Source: Amphiscolops sp. MND2022
Lineage: Eukaryota
Length of the DNA: 64,000 nt
Direction: 5' to 3'
NCBI GenBank assembly: GCA_964187785.1
Contig: OZ076409.1
Coordinates: 21,206,001 to 21,270,000, forward strand
The notes below the pieces were generated by a model that made no database searches, was not told where the DNA came from, and saw only the letters and a list, made by a program, of their open reading frames with translations. Below, in pieces: positions 12,089 to 26,200 of the stretch. Position 1 is the first letter of the stretch; every line of letters starts with the position of its first letter. A program made the position numbers and the translations under genes.

Positions 12089-14850
12089 TCATGTGACTCC
12101 ATTTCTCACAAGGAACTCGGTGTTGAACATTTTGTGTTCCCAGTGTCTTCCTAAAATTTTAAAAGCGTTTACGTTGTCACAGCGCACAACTGTTTCTGGT
12201 AAGGAATTCCGAACCGCTACTGCAGCGACAGCAAAAAAATTCTTTCTAATTGCTAGTCTCGGTTTCTTTGTCTTCAGCTGGTAAGGGTTACCTCTGGTCT
12301 CTCTTTCGTTCAATTCGAATAACCATTTAGTCGCTTTCCTGTCGTAACATTCATTAAGTATTTTGTATACCTCAATCATTCTACCGCGATGTCTTCTGTA
12401 CTCGAGAGTTGGAATTTTCAATTCTTTTAACCTGTCTTCGTTGCTGAGATTACCGAAGCCGGGTACGAGTCTGATTGCTCGCCTCTGGGCACTTTCTAAC
12501 ATCAATATATGTTTCTGCAGAGACGGTTTCCAGGACTGGTTGGCGTACTCTAGATGAGGTCTAACGACAGTTTTGTACAGTGTTTTGAGGCTTTCTGCAT
12601 TAAAATTTAGGAAGCTTTTTTTAATGATCGCTAAAATGCCATTGGTTGTTTTTGTTTTCTTCGAAATGTGTTCGTGAAAGGAGAGTTTTGTATCGATTAT
12701 AATACCGAGGTCTTTCTCACTGTTAACCCTTGTCAAGGGTGTTGTACCATCCACGGAAGACGTTCTATTTGAGGATGTTGTTCTTAAACTCAAGGTAAGC
12801 TGGTGAAATTTTGTCAGATTGAACTCGAGATCACCACCATTTGAACACTTCTTCAACTTGTAAAGATCCTTTTGTAGTTCTTCCTGTTCTGCTAGGTTGG
12901 TGATTGCTCTGTAAATTTTCGCGTTATCAGCCAAGTAGAACATTTTGGATGTTACGCCATTTGACATGGAGTTGATGTAAAGAAGGAAAAGTATTGGTCC
13001 CAGGACTGACCATTGGGGTACTCACTTTGTCACTTCTGCCCACTGTGAGTGGTTCTCGTTTACTATGACTCGCTGTTTTCTTCCTGACAGAAAGGCAGTT
13101 ATCCAATCGAGAGTTTTCCTCGAATGCCATAAAACTCAATGATTCGCAGTAGGCGTTTGTGGGGGACGCTGTCAAAAGCCTTCTGGAAATCGATATAGAA
13201 TATATCGACTTCATTGCTGGAGTCCAATTCTGCGGTCCAATCTTCAAGTGCCCTGAGCAACTGTAAGGTTGTCGAGCGTCCGGGGACAAAGCCAAACTGC
13301 TGGTCAGATCTGATATGGTTCTGAACTAGGAAATTGATGATGTGCCTTTTGTTTTTCCTCTCCATAAATTTGCAGCAGATTGCTGTTAGACTGATGGGTC
13401 GGTAGTTGTTAGGATCGTTTTTCGAATCTGTCTTGTGAATGGCAGAAATATTGGCAAGTTTCCAGTCTCGGGGAAGTTCTCCAGACTGCCAAGGTTCCGT
13501 GAGAATTCTGTTCAATATGGGAGTTATCTGCTGGCGTGTCTCGTGTAATACTCGAGGATTCAGGTTGTCTGGCCATTGATTTGGTAGTGTTCAGTGACTC
13601 CAATTCTTTTAGAATTATCTCCTCAGTGATCACGAGATCATCTGAAATCTGAGTTGGTCGCCAATCAACTGGATTCCAGTCCCCAGGTGATTCTTTATTG
13701 AAGACGGAGCTGAAAAATCCCGAAAGAGCCTCTGCTTTATCAGTGTCTGTCATTGCACAAGTTTCGTCTTTAAGATTGAGGGTAGGTATTGTTTCAGTTA
13801 GTTTCAGTTTACTCTTTACATGGTTCCAGAAAACCTTCGGGTTAGATTTGACTTTGCTAGCGATTTCTTCTTCATGCTTCAAAGCATTGGTCCTTGTGAT
13901 CTTCCTGACTTTATACCTCATTTTACAGTAGTTTTCGTAGGCGTATTGTGTTCAATTTTTACAAAAGATTTTGTAGCGTTTCTCTTCCTCTAGGATTGTT
14001 TGGAAATATTCACCCAAAATTGGTGTTCGGTTGTGTCTGTTTTGTCGAATTTTCATTTTTGGTACATTGTCTCTGTGGCTTCATTCATCATATCCTTGAA
14101 ACAAATTCAGTTGTCTTCGAATGGTTAGGATTCGTCGTATTTAATATCTCGAACTGATTTGCACAATTCAGAATTGTTTCTTTTTTAACAGGTTGAGTCG
14201 AACTTTGGCTCGACGTTTGGACCAGACGTTGAATTTAACTTTGAGCAAGCTGTGATCTCCTTTGCCTAGAGTTGGCTTGTACTCGACGTTTGGTTCTAGG
14301 GATTTATCGATGAATAAAAGATCTAATTCTGATGGTTCGCGGTTTCCTCTTGCCCACGTTGGCCTGTCGATATGTTGTTCCAGGAATGAGTCCTTGATTG
14401 CCTCTAAGACCTGATGTTCTTTGCTGTTTTCATCATGATTCGTAGTGCAGTTGTCCCTGTCAATGTCACGCAAATTCGTGTCACCACAAGCAATGTGTTT
14501 CTTTCTGTTTCCGCCAATTGCTCTCAAAATTTTGTTTAGTTTGACGTTGTACTCATAGGGTGACGAAAGGATTCTGTATATGGATACAAAAGTAATGATA
14601 TCTTTCGGCAGGAAAAGCTCGTAGGCTTGGATTTCATCGAAACTGAATTCATGAGTCACTTCTTCGGTTTCAATGTCACCGCGTATGTATCGTAGCATTC
14701 ATCTTCCTTTATCTTCTTGGTCCATGTTTTTGTCTTTCAGCTTGTAGCAGTCAAGTTTAAACCAAGTCGGAGGCCATTTAAGAATTGTATTCTTGGGTTT
14801 GGCTCCAGCTATAGCTATAATGTGTGGTAAAGCGGAGGCTTGTTGTAGGA
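12089..14850 (-). pseudogene. LINE ORF2 (APE endonuclease plus reverse transcriptase), frameshifted
   Basis: Endonuclease motifs CGDTN, LDLLF, GKGDH (14168-14698). RT motifs NYRPISLT, QFGF, IDFQKAFDSVPH (13099-13515), YLADNAK, EKDLG, VRPHLEY (12089-12967). Confidence 0.9.
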
Positions 14851-14880
14851 GAGTTTTTGGTTCTAAAAATTTTTCAGTTG

Positions 14881-15890
14881 TCAGGACATCGACATTCCTG
14901 AACCAGACGTTGAATTGTTCACGTTCGTGTCCGTCAATACTTCTTGGGTTTTTAATCGTTTCTTTACCCCTAGAATTCGGTCTCCTCTCACTATGTGAAT
15001 GTAGTCTCCTGATTCCTCTGAGGTCAAGTTTTTTGCCCGTAGAACTAAGAAACGAACGTTTTTTCTTTCCTTCAGGCTCCAGTCTGGGGTGACTCTCAGC
15101 TGTCTAAAGTTTTCGTTAGCAAACTTCAGTTTCGTGAGGTTCTTCAACATCAGATCTGCATTATTTGTTGTGTCAAATGTAACCAATAAAGGTCGGGTCT
15201 GCTCTTCACTTTGGTCGTCTGGTTTTCTACCGAGTCTGGTACATTGCGTCACTGCCGTGCAATCAATATCGATGCTTCCACAAAGTTGGTTTACTATTTC
15301 CAGGTCTTGATCGTAGCGGTCTTTTGAATTTATGGCCTTACTCTCTGGGGCTTTGTAGATTACCACATTCTTTCTCCTTCTTAGGTCTTCAACTTGTACT
15401 TTTTTCTGTTCAGCACCTGCTTCTAGAATTATCACTTTGAGTGGTCTAGCAACGGTTGGCTGCGTTTTCCAGGTTCATGTTTCATTGTCCTTTGATTCAG
15501 GGGTTACTCCGCTCTTCACTTGTGTGCCATTTTTAAAGTAATAGAAGTCATCCATCAGAGTTTTACCCAAGTTCATGGTTGTATCGAGGTCGACCTTCAT
15601 TTTGGAGATTTCATCGGTGGTGCAAGTATTCACTGGTTTTTCATAAGTGCCTTTACTTCCCCAGTACACTTGTCGCAGCACCAAATGTCACTTGTGGTTG
15701 CCATGAACTCGTACACAGCTTCCAGGCTTGTTGATGCAATGCGCGCAGAAGTGTTTCGCACAGTTATCACACTCCATTACTTTATCCGAAGGATTGCTGA
15801 AATCCTTTTTGCAAACCTGACATGTCCATGCTTCGTCCGATGAGTCGGCTGTTGATTTTGATTTGGTTTTCTTGCTCGCGGGTGGCAGTC
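14881..15890 (-). pseudogene. LINE ORF1 with N-terminal PHD finger and RRM-like region
   Basis: CQVCKKDF...MECDNCAKHFCAHC at ~15730-15825. RRRKNVVIY, RLGRK and RPLLVTF in ORF 14881-15435. Confidence 0.75.
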
Positions 15891-15941
15891 GTGTTTAATT
15901 TCACCTAGGCCGCTCCGAAAAAATTAAGTTCCAGTTAGCTA

Positions 15942-16664
15942 TCAGAGTAAAAACAAACTAGAGACAACCCTGTCGATACCTAGGCCGCTCCGAAACAAAT
16001 GTTCCAGAAAGCTACAAGAGAAAAAACTAAAGCTAACCTTATTTGGACTTTTTCTTCGATGGTCTTTTTTTGGGTTTGCCTTTTCGCTGATTTCGCTTCT
16101 TAGATGGTCGTTTTCTGTTGACAGGTCGTTTCTTTTAACGATATACTTGAGGTTACCGGATCCTTTCAGGATAGTGTGGATGAATCTTCTTTCCACGGAC
16201 TTTGCAAGATGGACCTCTCCCAGGTACTCTTGGTGCCACCGATCTTTCTGATTTCGCTTGGAAATTAACTTTTTGGCAGCTGGTATGACAAGGATACCAT
16301 TTGACACAAGTTCTTCAAAGATATAACTGGAACCTTCTCTTTGGCAGTAAATAATTGCTGGAATTCTGTGGCTGAATTTTCGAAGTGTAGCGATCAGGCT
16401 ATCAACAGTTTCAGCTCTGTTATAATTGAGTCGGTGTTCGGTAATTGTATTGCTTATGACGTCGTGCCACAAGACGATGTTGGTTTTGAACTTGAGTTTC
16501 CCTCTTCTCAGAAGAAATCCAAGGTTCAGAATTTGGGAGATAGAGTTAGGTTTGAGACTCAATCTTCTCACATAGAAGGGTTTTCGTGAAAGTTCTTTTC
16601 GCTGATTTCCAGAGGTTGATTCGATTCCTGCTCTGAGGGAGCTTGCTCCAATAATAAATACCAT
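15942..16664 (-). CDS. SGNH-esterase-like ORF upstream of LINE ORF1
   Basis: Open 240-aa ORF. N-terminal VFIIGASSL resembles a GDS(L) block, followed by IVLWHDVISN. Confidence 0.5.
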   Translation of the reverse strand: MVFIIGASSLRAGIESTSGNQRKELSRKPFYVRRLSLKPNSISQILNLGFLLRRGKLKFKTNIVLWHDVISNTITEHRLNYNRAETVDSLIATLRKFSHRIPAIIYCQREGSSYIFEELVSNGILVIPAAKKLISKRNQKDRWHQEYLGEVHLAKSVERRFIHTILKGSGNLKYIVKRNDLSTENDHLRSEISEKANPKKDHRRKSPNKVSFSFFSCSFLEHLFRSGLGIDRVVSSLFLL

Positions 16665-16839
16665 TAACAGGTCTTCACCCAGTAAGCTAGAGGCGTGGAA
16701 CTTATCATTGGGATAACTTGATTCAGTCCTCTAGCTCAAACTTCTGAAAATAAACAAAGAGGTGAATGGGAAATGGACAAATTTATTTAATATGTTTATC
16801 ACGACAATTAGGCTTGTGTGATAAACGTTTATCACAACA

Positions 16840-18400
16840 ATTCAAGCGACTGGGTGCAAGAGCATCCACAACCGTGACATCCCAAACCAGCTGTTTACAC
16901 ATTTCCCAAGGAATCATGGTAACACCGTCTGGGCGTTTGCCATCAGTTCGGTACAATCCACGCGGTTCGAGCATTGAAGGCAAGTCGAGATCCCAACGTC
17001 TGTTTAATGAGAGAATTGACAGTAGCATGACGTGAGAAGCGACCAGCACTCTTGGTGCAAGAAAGACCGTGTGAACCGTCCCGTTCAGTTCTTTTACCAC
17101 AGTGGCACGTATGCGCAACGCAGATGTTGGCACCGAGACGGAAACCAATTGAAATTCGAAATTGCTGATCATTAAGTTTCAGGCCTAGGTTCTTGCAAGG
17201 ATAGACGTTCAGCCATTGAGACCCGAATTTGCCTTGATGAGCGTTAAAAACTTTCTAACGTTTGTCATCCATTCTATAAATCAAACATTGGGCGGTTTTG
17301 ACCTAGACAGGTTGTGTCCAATTTTATGAGTTCCATCGAGAGGACTTTCCTGTTCATTCTTCAAACTCAACCACTTCTCAAGCGTTTTTGTAAGCGAAAC
17401 ATTTTTGAAAACATTTCCGAGAAAATCGTCGAGAGAAAATCACTCGCGAACAGTAGCAAAGACCTTGCAGGAACGGAGATCGCGAAGAGATCATAGTGGG
17501 AGCTGGTCTTTGCGACGGTCAGGGCAAGCGTGCATACACAGCATATGCCCCACATTGATATTTCGCTTTCAGAAAGTTCACATGAATTGAATTTCCTTTT
17601 TTGCTTTTTTTGATGGTCCAGTAATATGCCTTTCGCATTTTAGACATTAGTTACGGTGCATGCTTTTTAGATCTTAGTTCTTTAGATCTTAGTTACGAAA
17701 ATTCTTTAGATCTTATTCCGCAGACCTTAGTTTCGGTCCCCGCGGATGAAACCCCAAGACCACCCATCTCTGCAGGCCGAGCCAGCTGAGTACTCGAAAT
17801 ATCGTCGAAGTTCACGTTACTCACTTTGGAAAGCCCGTCGCGCTCGGTTTTGTCATCTTTCTCCAAGAGAGCTGAATGATTAAAACATGAACTGGTTCTC
17901 AGAAAGTACCACAACTTTGGCAAACTGAAGCAATTTTTCAACATAAAAAAAACCATATTGCGCATCTAGTTTTTCAACGATCTCGTTAACTGTTTCCAGT
18001 TCTTTAATTATCTTTTCCAAAAACTCTGCTTGTGATTTCGGGCCGAGCGGTGAAACAAAAATGATAAGTTCATATTTGGTGTTTTGATACCGGGGCGAAG
18101 TTTTTGCAAAGATGCTAAAATTGTCGATCGTCGTTTTTCACTGATGTCACCAGGGAAAAAATTTCACATTTCGTGGGTTTAATTTTGAGTCCAAGCGTTC
18201 TTTCCGCTTCAACATTTTTTCGAGATTTTTCAAAAGGCTTCGGTAATCATCACCTAAAATTCCATCGTCAAGGTGCCATAAATTTATTTTCGACTCCAAA
18301 CTGTCGATCAGATCCTGAATGGAATCCGAAACAAAAGCTGGAGACCCAGGATGTCCTTGCTGGGTCCCTTCACAAGATTTGATTACTGAATCACCGTAAA
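16840..18400 (-). mobile_element. Fragments of a CRE-like (restriction-like endonuclease) non-LTR retrotransposon
   Basis: [25 protein letters not shown] (ORF 16783-17172), PKLWYFLRT..MGGLGV (17693-17965), WHLDDG (~18261-18278) and GTQQG (~18355-18370). Interrupted by other repeats. Confidence 0.7.
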
Positions 18401-20230
18401 AAAGAAAACTTGGATCTCGTTTGTGGAAAAGGTTTCAGGTATGTTGTTGGATCAGTCTATCTTAAACTTCACAACAAGGAAGCGGTTAATGAACTCATCA
18501 AAATTCAAGAATCAGCTAAGAAATAAGCTAGCCAAGTCAAAGCATAGGTAAAAATAGTATTTGGTGACTACAATGCTCGTAATCGTCTGTGAGGTAATCA
18601 GATTGACAACGAATACGGCGAGGAATTAACCGACAAACTGGATTCCCGAGAATACTCGAATATCAGCTCTGAGGACCCAACATTTCTATCCTCAATGGGA
18701 CTTGCAATATTGACTTTCTTATATGCTCTAACTTTACAGAAACAATGTTTAGTAACCTCTTGATTGATCCAGTTGTCGAACTGTTTTGCGGAGCTCCAAA
18801 CTGCGGACATGTACCAACAAGCACAACCATGAAGATAAACTGCCCCGGTACTCAAAACCCACCTCCCAAGTTGAGGATCGATCGTGACCGCATGGACTGG
18901 AAAGGGTGGTCTGAATTCATAGAATCATCTCTGGAAAAAGATTCAATCGACTTCTTCAATAGCTCAACACAGGACCAACGGAAAATCATTGACAGAACTA
19001 TCAATGAAGCCATACTGAAATTCTCAAAATGTAAAAAAATTCCAACCCATTACAAGCCATTCTGGATTGCGCAATTTACGCAGTTCTGGAGAGAGTTCAA
19101 TAGGTCCTTTGCAAGTAAATTGTATAACAAGGTTGATCCGCACCACTCTAATGATGATAACGTTCCAACAGATCGAAATAAAATGGAGGATATTCTGTTT
19201 AAAAGCTTTTTTGCTGGAAGGCGCCTCATAGAAAAACGCTCAGATTTTGATGATGTCTTTTATGATCACGTTAATAGAATTTGCAACGCGATCTTAGAAG
19301 CAGACGGGGAGCATGACAGAGGGCAGCAGCATTTATTGTATGAAGAAAGTAACAACAATTTGAGCTCTGAAATAACAACAGGAGAGATACTTTACTTCTT
19401 CAAAAAATATGAAACGTCAGACAAAAGGTATGATAATCATGGCTTCCACCCAATCATGCTGAGACACCTGAGAGTAAGAGCCGTAGATCTAATCAGGACT
19501 CTCTTTAGCTCATGCCTATCCGCAGGTAACTAGGTATGGGACACTGCCGATGTTAACTTCCTCAAAAAAGTCGGGAAACCAGACTACGCCACCAATCCAA
19601 GATCATATAGTGAACAAGACGTTTCGGCGACCATATGGCGGCGGACGTTTCGGCGACAAAGTGTCGGTGAAACATCTCTTAACAGGGTGGGAGGAGAACT
19701 GTCGCCGCAACGTCTTTCCATAGGATGGGCGGAGACATATATATGAACTGTACAACATAAATTGTCAAAAGACTTGGTTTTGTATACATCATACAGAAGA
19801 TATCATTCAAAAATATAAAACGTTCCTCGGATATGTCCCCATTTCCTCTAGTACCTCGCGGCCCCTTGGGGCCGCTTATTTTCCTTTTTTGCTGAGCGAG
19901 GTCGAGCAGGAGCAAAGACCTAGCGGGAATAGAGATCGCGATCGTAGTGGAGCTGGTCTTTGCGACGGTGAGCGCGAGCGTGCATACACAGCATATGCCC
20001 CACATTATATTTTTTTGCTTCCAGAACAAACGTTTTTAGCTTTTTAGAGGACGTTTCGGCGACAAAAACGTTTCGGCGACACTTTTGTTGCCGGAACGCC
20101 TGTCACCGAAACGTCAAGAATCCATCATATAGACCTATTTCATTAACCTCGAAGACAGGTAAAGTGTTCGAGAAAATTATCGCCTCAAGACCAGAGAATT
20201 TCTTGAAAACTACTGGAATCCACCAGTTTG
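18400..20230 (+). mobile_element. Decayed LINE ORF2 fragment (endonuclease end to RT start)
   Basis: GDYNAR..PTFLS at ~18560-18690, linker ORF 18745-19533, and a YRPISLTS motif split by a MITE. Confidence 0.75.
19611..20123. mobile_element. MITE with 9-bp TSD (Mutator-like); one per array unit
   Basis: ATCATATAG is duplicated at 19602-19610 and 20124-20132. GACGTTTCGG/CCGAAACGTC form inverted ends. Removing the insert restores the LINE peptide PRSYRPISLTS. Confidence 0.8.
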
Positions 20231-23200
20231 ATCATATCATGGCTTGTTCTGCTTCTTAGTTCTTCAATTGACCCGAATTTGATATGCTTTTTCTCAAGTT
20301 TTTGTAAACATTGCATTTGAAGATAAAATGCATGGACGTCTCTTCGTGATTCCACATCTTAATAATCATTTTGGTAGCTTGTTTGCTGAAAAATCTCGGT
20401 ATCAATTGTTCTGTCGATTTGAGTGGAGGGAATTCAGGCAATATAATTCCCAATCGGAATTTCCATATATCTAGTGGCGGTGCATATTTGCATTGAATCA
20501 ATTTGCGGGAATGTGCAATCTGTCACTGAGATCGAAGTAAAATTGTCAAAGAAAATGAGATCGAATCAATGTTTTCAAATACCTAGCGTTTTCAAATATT
20601 AATGTTTTAGGCCCTCGTATGGGCCCCATTTCCTCTAGTGTCCCGCGGCTCCTTGGGGCCGCTTTTGTTCCCATCTAGCTGAGCGAGGTCGAACATGAGC
20701 AAAGACCTAGCGGAGATCGCGAAGCGATCGTAGTGGAAGCTGCTCTTCGCGATGGTGAAGGTGAGCGTGCATAAACGTTATATGACCCTATTTTAGTAGG
20801 GAAAAGAACCTAAAGTCTTTTAAACGCCTTTACACGGTCTGCAGGAGCAAAAACATAGCAAAAACGGAAGAATTCGATCCCAAAACTATTGAATTTTTTC
20901 TCGATCTCGCTTTTCGATCTCACGAACTATCGATCTCAAAATACTGAAATTACCCCACCAATTCAAGTCTATACTGTTCAGAGAATTGTTTTGTGTGTTT
21001 TTAACCCGAGCGATACCTGAAATATGAACTTAACAAGATCAATTTTTAAACTATTGAACGCGTTTTGAGTATAAACTCATCTTCAGCAACTGAAAAAAGT
21101 ATAGAATGAAACAAATGGAAATTTAACATTTTTATATTGCCAGTAAAAAAATGTTATCAAAAGTATATGTGCGCGATGGAATGTGCGGAATGTGCAAGAG
21201 AGTGTTGGCACTGTAGCAAATTTACACGGCTATAAGTTGATCGTGAGAAGGCGCTGACGGTGTTCATCTCTTTGAGTAACTCCCGGGCACTTCTTGTTTA
21301 TATATATATGTATGCAGGGCCTGGAGTGTGAGCATTTTTGGATATCTCGGGATTTGTCAACCACACGAGCTTTCGTGGATGTTTTACCATATGACAAACA
21401 ATTTCGAACGTGTTGGCCAACGGATGATAAGGTTCTGTATGGAACCAGTTTGTAGGAAACCAGTTTGTGGAATCCAGTTTGTAGAAAAGTGATGTCCAGT
21501 TCGTAGAATGTTTCTCTGCAAACTGGATTCTACAAACTGGTTTTCCACAAACTGGTTAGGTCCAGTTTGTTAAATTCTGGACTTGAAAAAACCAACAATA
21601 AGACCAAAAAATAGGAATGTTGCAAAGTATAAAACGTGCCTCGGATATGTCCCTATTTCTTCTAGTGCCTCGTGGCTCCTTGGTGCCTCTCATGTTCCCA
21701 TCTTGCTAAGCGAAGTCGAACAGGAGCAACGACCTAGCGGGAACGGAGATCGCGAAGCAATCATAGTGGGCGCGTGTCTTTGCGACGGTGAGGGTGAGCG
21801 TGCATACACCGGATATGGCCCACAATTCAGTTTTTGGATCTTATTCCTTTAGATTTTAGGCGGTGGAGCTTTCAGTATCTTGTGTGAAGGATGTCCAGTT
21901 TGTAGAATTTAAAGATTCAGTTTCCAGAAAAAAACTCTTATATGCTCTAATAACACAGAACCAATGTTTAGTAACCTCTTGACAGATCCAGTTTTCGAAT
22001 TGTTTTCCGGAGCTCCAAACCGCGGATATGTACCAACAAGCACAACCATGAAGATAAACTGCCCCGGTACTCAAAACCCACCTCCCAAGTTGAGGATCGA
22101 TCTAGACCGCATGGACTGGAAAAGGTGGTCTGAATTCACAGAATCATCTCTGGAAAAAGCTTCTATCAACTTCTTCAATAGCTAGCTCAACAGAGGACCA
22201 ATGGAAAATCATTGACAGAACTATCAATGAAGCCACACTGAAATTCTCAATATGTCAAAACAATTTCCAACTGATAGCAAGCCATACTGGATTGCGCAAT
22301 TTAAGCAGTGCTGGAGAGAGTTTAATTGGTCGTTTGCAAACAAATTGTAAAACAAGGTTGATCCGCTCCACTCTAATGATCATAACATTGCAACAGATCC
22401 AAATAAGATGGAGAATATTCTGTTTAAAAACTTTTTTGCTGGAAGGCACCTCAAAAAAAAGCTCAGATTTTGATGATGTCTTTTATGATCACGTTAATAA
22501 AATTTGCAACGCGATCTTAGAAGCAGACAGAGAGCATGACAGAGGGCAGCAGCATTTTTTGTAAGAAGAAAGTAACAGCATTTTGAGCTCTGAAATAACA
22601 ACAGGAGAGATACTTCTCTTCTTCAACAAATATGAAACGTCAGACAAAAGATTTGATAATCATGGCTTCCACCCAATCATGCTGAGACACCTGAGAGTAA
22701 GAGCCGTAGATCTAATCAAGACTCTCTTTAACTCATGCGTATCCGCAGGTAACTAGGTATGGGGGACTGCCGATGTTATCTTCCTCACAAAGGTCGGGAA
22801 ACCAGACTACGCCAATCCAAGATCATATAGTGAACAAGACGTTTCGGCGACAGACGTTTCGGCGACCATATGGCGGCGGACGTTTCGGCGACAAAGTGTC
22901 GCTGAAACATCTCTTAACAGGGTGGGAGGAAAACTGTCGCCAAAACGTCTCTTCAAAGGATGGGCGGAAGCCTAAATATGAAGTGTACAACATAAATTGT
23001 CAAAAGACTTGGTTTTGTATACATCATACAGAAGATATCATTTAAAAAGTATAAAACGTGCCTCGGATATGTCCCCATTTCTTCTAGTACCTCACGGCCC
23101 CTTGGGGCCGCTTATTTTCCCATCTTGCATAGCGAGGTCGAGCAGGAGCAAAGACCTAGCGGGAATGGAGATGGCGAAGCGATCGTAGTGGGAGGTGGTC

Positions 23201-26200
23201 TTGGCGACGGAGAGGGCGAGCGTGCATACACAGTATATGCCCCACAATATAATTTTTTCGCTTCCAGAACAAACGTTTTTAGCTTTTTAGAGGACGTTTA
23301 GGCGACAAAAACGTTTCGGCGACACTTTTGTCGCAGAAACGTCCGCCGCCATATTGTCGCCGAAACGCCTGTCACCGAAACGTCCAAAATCCATCATAAT
23401 GACCTATATCATTAACCTCGAAGACATGTAAAGTGTTCGAGAAAATTATCGCCTAAAGACAAGAGAATTTATTGAAAACCACTGGAATCCACCAGTTCAG
23501 CCATATCATGGCTTGTTCTTCTTCTTAGTTCTTCAATTGACCCGAATTTTATGTGCCCTTTCTCAAGTTTTTGGTAAATATTGCATTTAAAGATAAAATG
23601 CATAGACGTCTCTTCGTGGCTCCACATCTCAATCTCAATAATCAATTTGGTAGCTTGTTTGCTGAAAGATCTCGGTATCAATTGTTCTGTCGATTTGACT
23701 GGAGGGAATTCAGGCAATATAATTCCCAATCGGCATTTCCATATATCTAGTGGCGGTGCATATTTGGATCGAATCAATTTGCGGGAATTTGCAATCTGTC
23801 ACAGAGATCGAAGCAAATTGGTCAAAGCGAAGGAGATCGAATCGATGTTTTCAAATACCTAGCGTTTTCAAATAATAATGATTTAGGCACTCGGATATGC
23901 CCCATTTCCTCTAGTGCCCCAGGCTCCTTGTGACCGCTTTTGTTCCCATCTAGCTGAGCGAGGTCGAACAGGAGCAAAGACCTAGCGGAGATCGCGAAGC
24001 GATTGTAGTGGAAACTGCTCTTCGCGATGGTGGGGGTGAGCGTGCATAAACGGTATTTGACCCTATTTTAGTAGGGAAAAAAACCTAAAGTCTTTTAAAC
24101 GCTTTTAAACGCTCTGCAGGAGCAAAAACAGCAAAAACGGAACATATCGATCCCAAAACTTTTGATCATTTTTCGATCTCGCTTTTCGATCTCACGAACT
24201 ATCGATCTCAATATACTGAAAAACCCCACTAATTTAAGTCTAAATTGTTCACAGAATTTTTTCGTGTGATTTTAACCCGAGCGATACCTGAAATATGAAA
24301 TTACCAAGATCAATTTTCAAACTATTAAACGCGTTTTGAAATTAAACACATCTTCAGCAACTGAAAAAAATATAGAATGAAACAAACGGAATTTTAACAT
24401 TTCTATATTGCCAATAAAAAAATTGTTATCAAAAGTATATGTGCGCTATGGAATGTGTAAGACTGTGTTAGCACTGTAGCAAAATTACACAGCTATGAGT
24501 TGATCGTGAGAAGGCGCTGACGGTGTTCATCTCTTTGCGTGAACCCCGGGCACTTCTTGTTTATAAATATATATATATATATAGGCCTGGAAGGTGAGCA
24601 ATTTTGGATATCTCGGAATTTGTCAACCACACGAGCTTCCGTGGACGTTTTACCAAGTGACAAACAATTTCGAACGTGTTGGCCAACGGATGATAGTGTT
24701 CTGTATGCAACCAGTTTGTAGGAAACCAGTTTGTGGAATCCAGTTTGCAGAAAAATGAGGTCCAGTTCATAGAATGTTTTTCTACAAATTGGATTCTACA
24801 AACTGGTTTTTCCACAAATTGGTTAGGTCCAGTTTGTTAAATTCTGGAATTGAAAAAACCAACAATACGACCAAAAAGTAGGAATGTTGCAAAGTATAAA
24901 ACGTGCCTCGGATATGTCCCTATTTCTTCTAGTGCCTCGTGGCTCCTTGGTGCCGCTCATGTTCCCATCTTGCTAAGCGAAGTCGAACAGGAGCAACGAC
25001 CTGGCGGGAACGGAGATCGCGAAGCAATCATAGTGGGCGCGTGTCTTTGCGACGGTGAGGGTGAGCGTGTATACACCGGATATGGCCCACAATTCAGTTT
25101 TGGGATCTTATTCCTTTAGATTTTAGGCGGTGGAGCTTTCAGTATCTTGTGTGAAGGATGTCCAGTTTGTAGAAATTAATGACCCAGTTTGTAGAAGAAA
25201 ATTTCTTATATGCTTTAATAATACAGAACCAATGTTTAGTAACCTCTTGACAGATCCAGTTGTCGAACTGTTTTCGGGAGCTCCAAACCGTGGACATGTA
25301 CCAACAAGCACAACCATGAAGATAAACTGCCCCGCTACTCAAAACCCACCTCCCAATTTGAGGATCGATCTAGACCGCATGGACTGGAAAGGGTGGTCTG
25401 AATTCATAGAATCATCTCTGAAAAAAGATTCTATCGACTTCTTCAATAGCTAGCTCAACACAGGACCAATGGAAAATCATTGACAGAACTATCAATGAAG
25501 CCACACTGAAATTCTCAAAATGTCAAAATATCTTCCAACTCATTGCAAGCCATACTGGATTGCGCAATTTAAGCAGTTCTGGAGAGAGTTTAATCGGTCA
25601 TTTGCAAACAAATTGTATAACAAGGTTGATCCGTTCCACTCTAATGATCATAACATTGCAACAGATCCAAATAAGATGGAGGATATTCTGTTTGATAGCT
25701 TTTTGCTGGAAGGCACCTCATAGAAAAAAGCTCAGATTTTGATGATGTCTTTTATGATCACGTTAATAGAATTTGCAACGCGATCTTAGAAGCAGACAGG
25801 GAGCATGACAGAGGGCAGCAGCATTTTTTGTAAGAAGAAAGTAACAACATTTTGAGCTCTGAAATGACAACAGGAGAGATACTTCTCTTCTTCAAAAAAT
25901 ATGAAACCTCAGACAAAAGGTCATGCTGAGACACTTGAGAGTAAGAGTCGTAGATCTAATCAAGACTCTCTTTAACTCATGCCTATCCGCAGGTTACTAG
26001 ATATGGGATACTGCCGATGTTATCTTCCTCAAAAAGGTCGGGAAACCAGACTACGCCAATCCAAGATCATATAGTGAACAAGACGTTTCGGCGATCATAT
26101 GGCGGCGGACGTTTCGCGACAAAGTGTCGCTGAAACATCTCCTAACAGGGTGAGAGGAAAACTGTCGCCGAAACGTCTCTTCAAAGGATGGGCGGAAACA

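Larger units (their letters stand above)
12030..16680 (-). mobile_element. Near-full-length CR1-type LINE, inactivated
   Basis: In order: an SGNH-like ORF, ORF1 with a PHD finger, an APE endonuclease, and RT with a CR1-like C-terminus. Confidence 0.85.
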
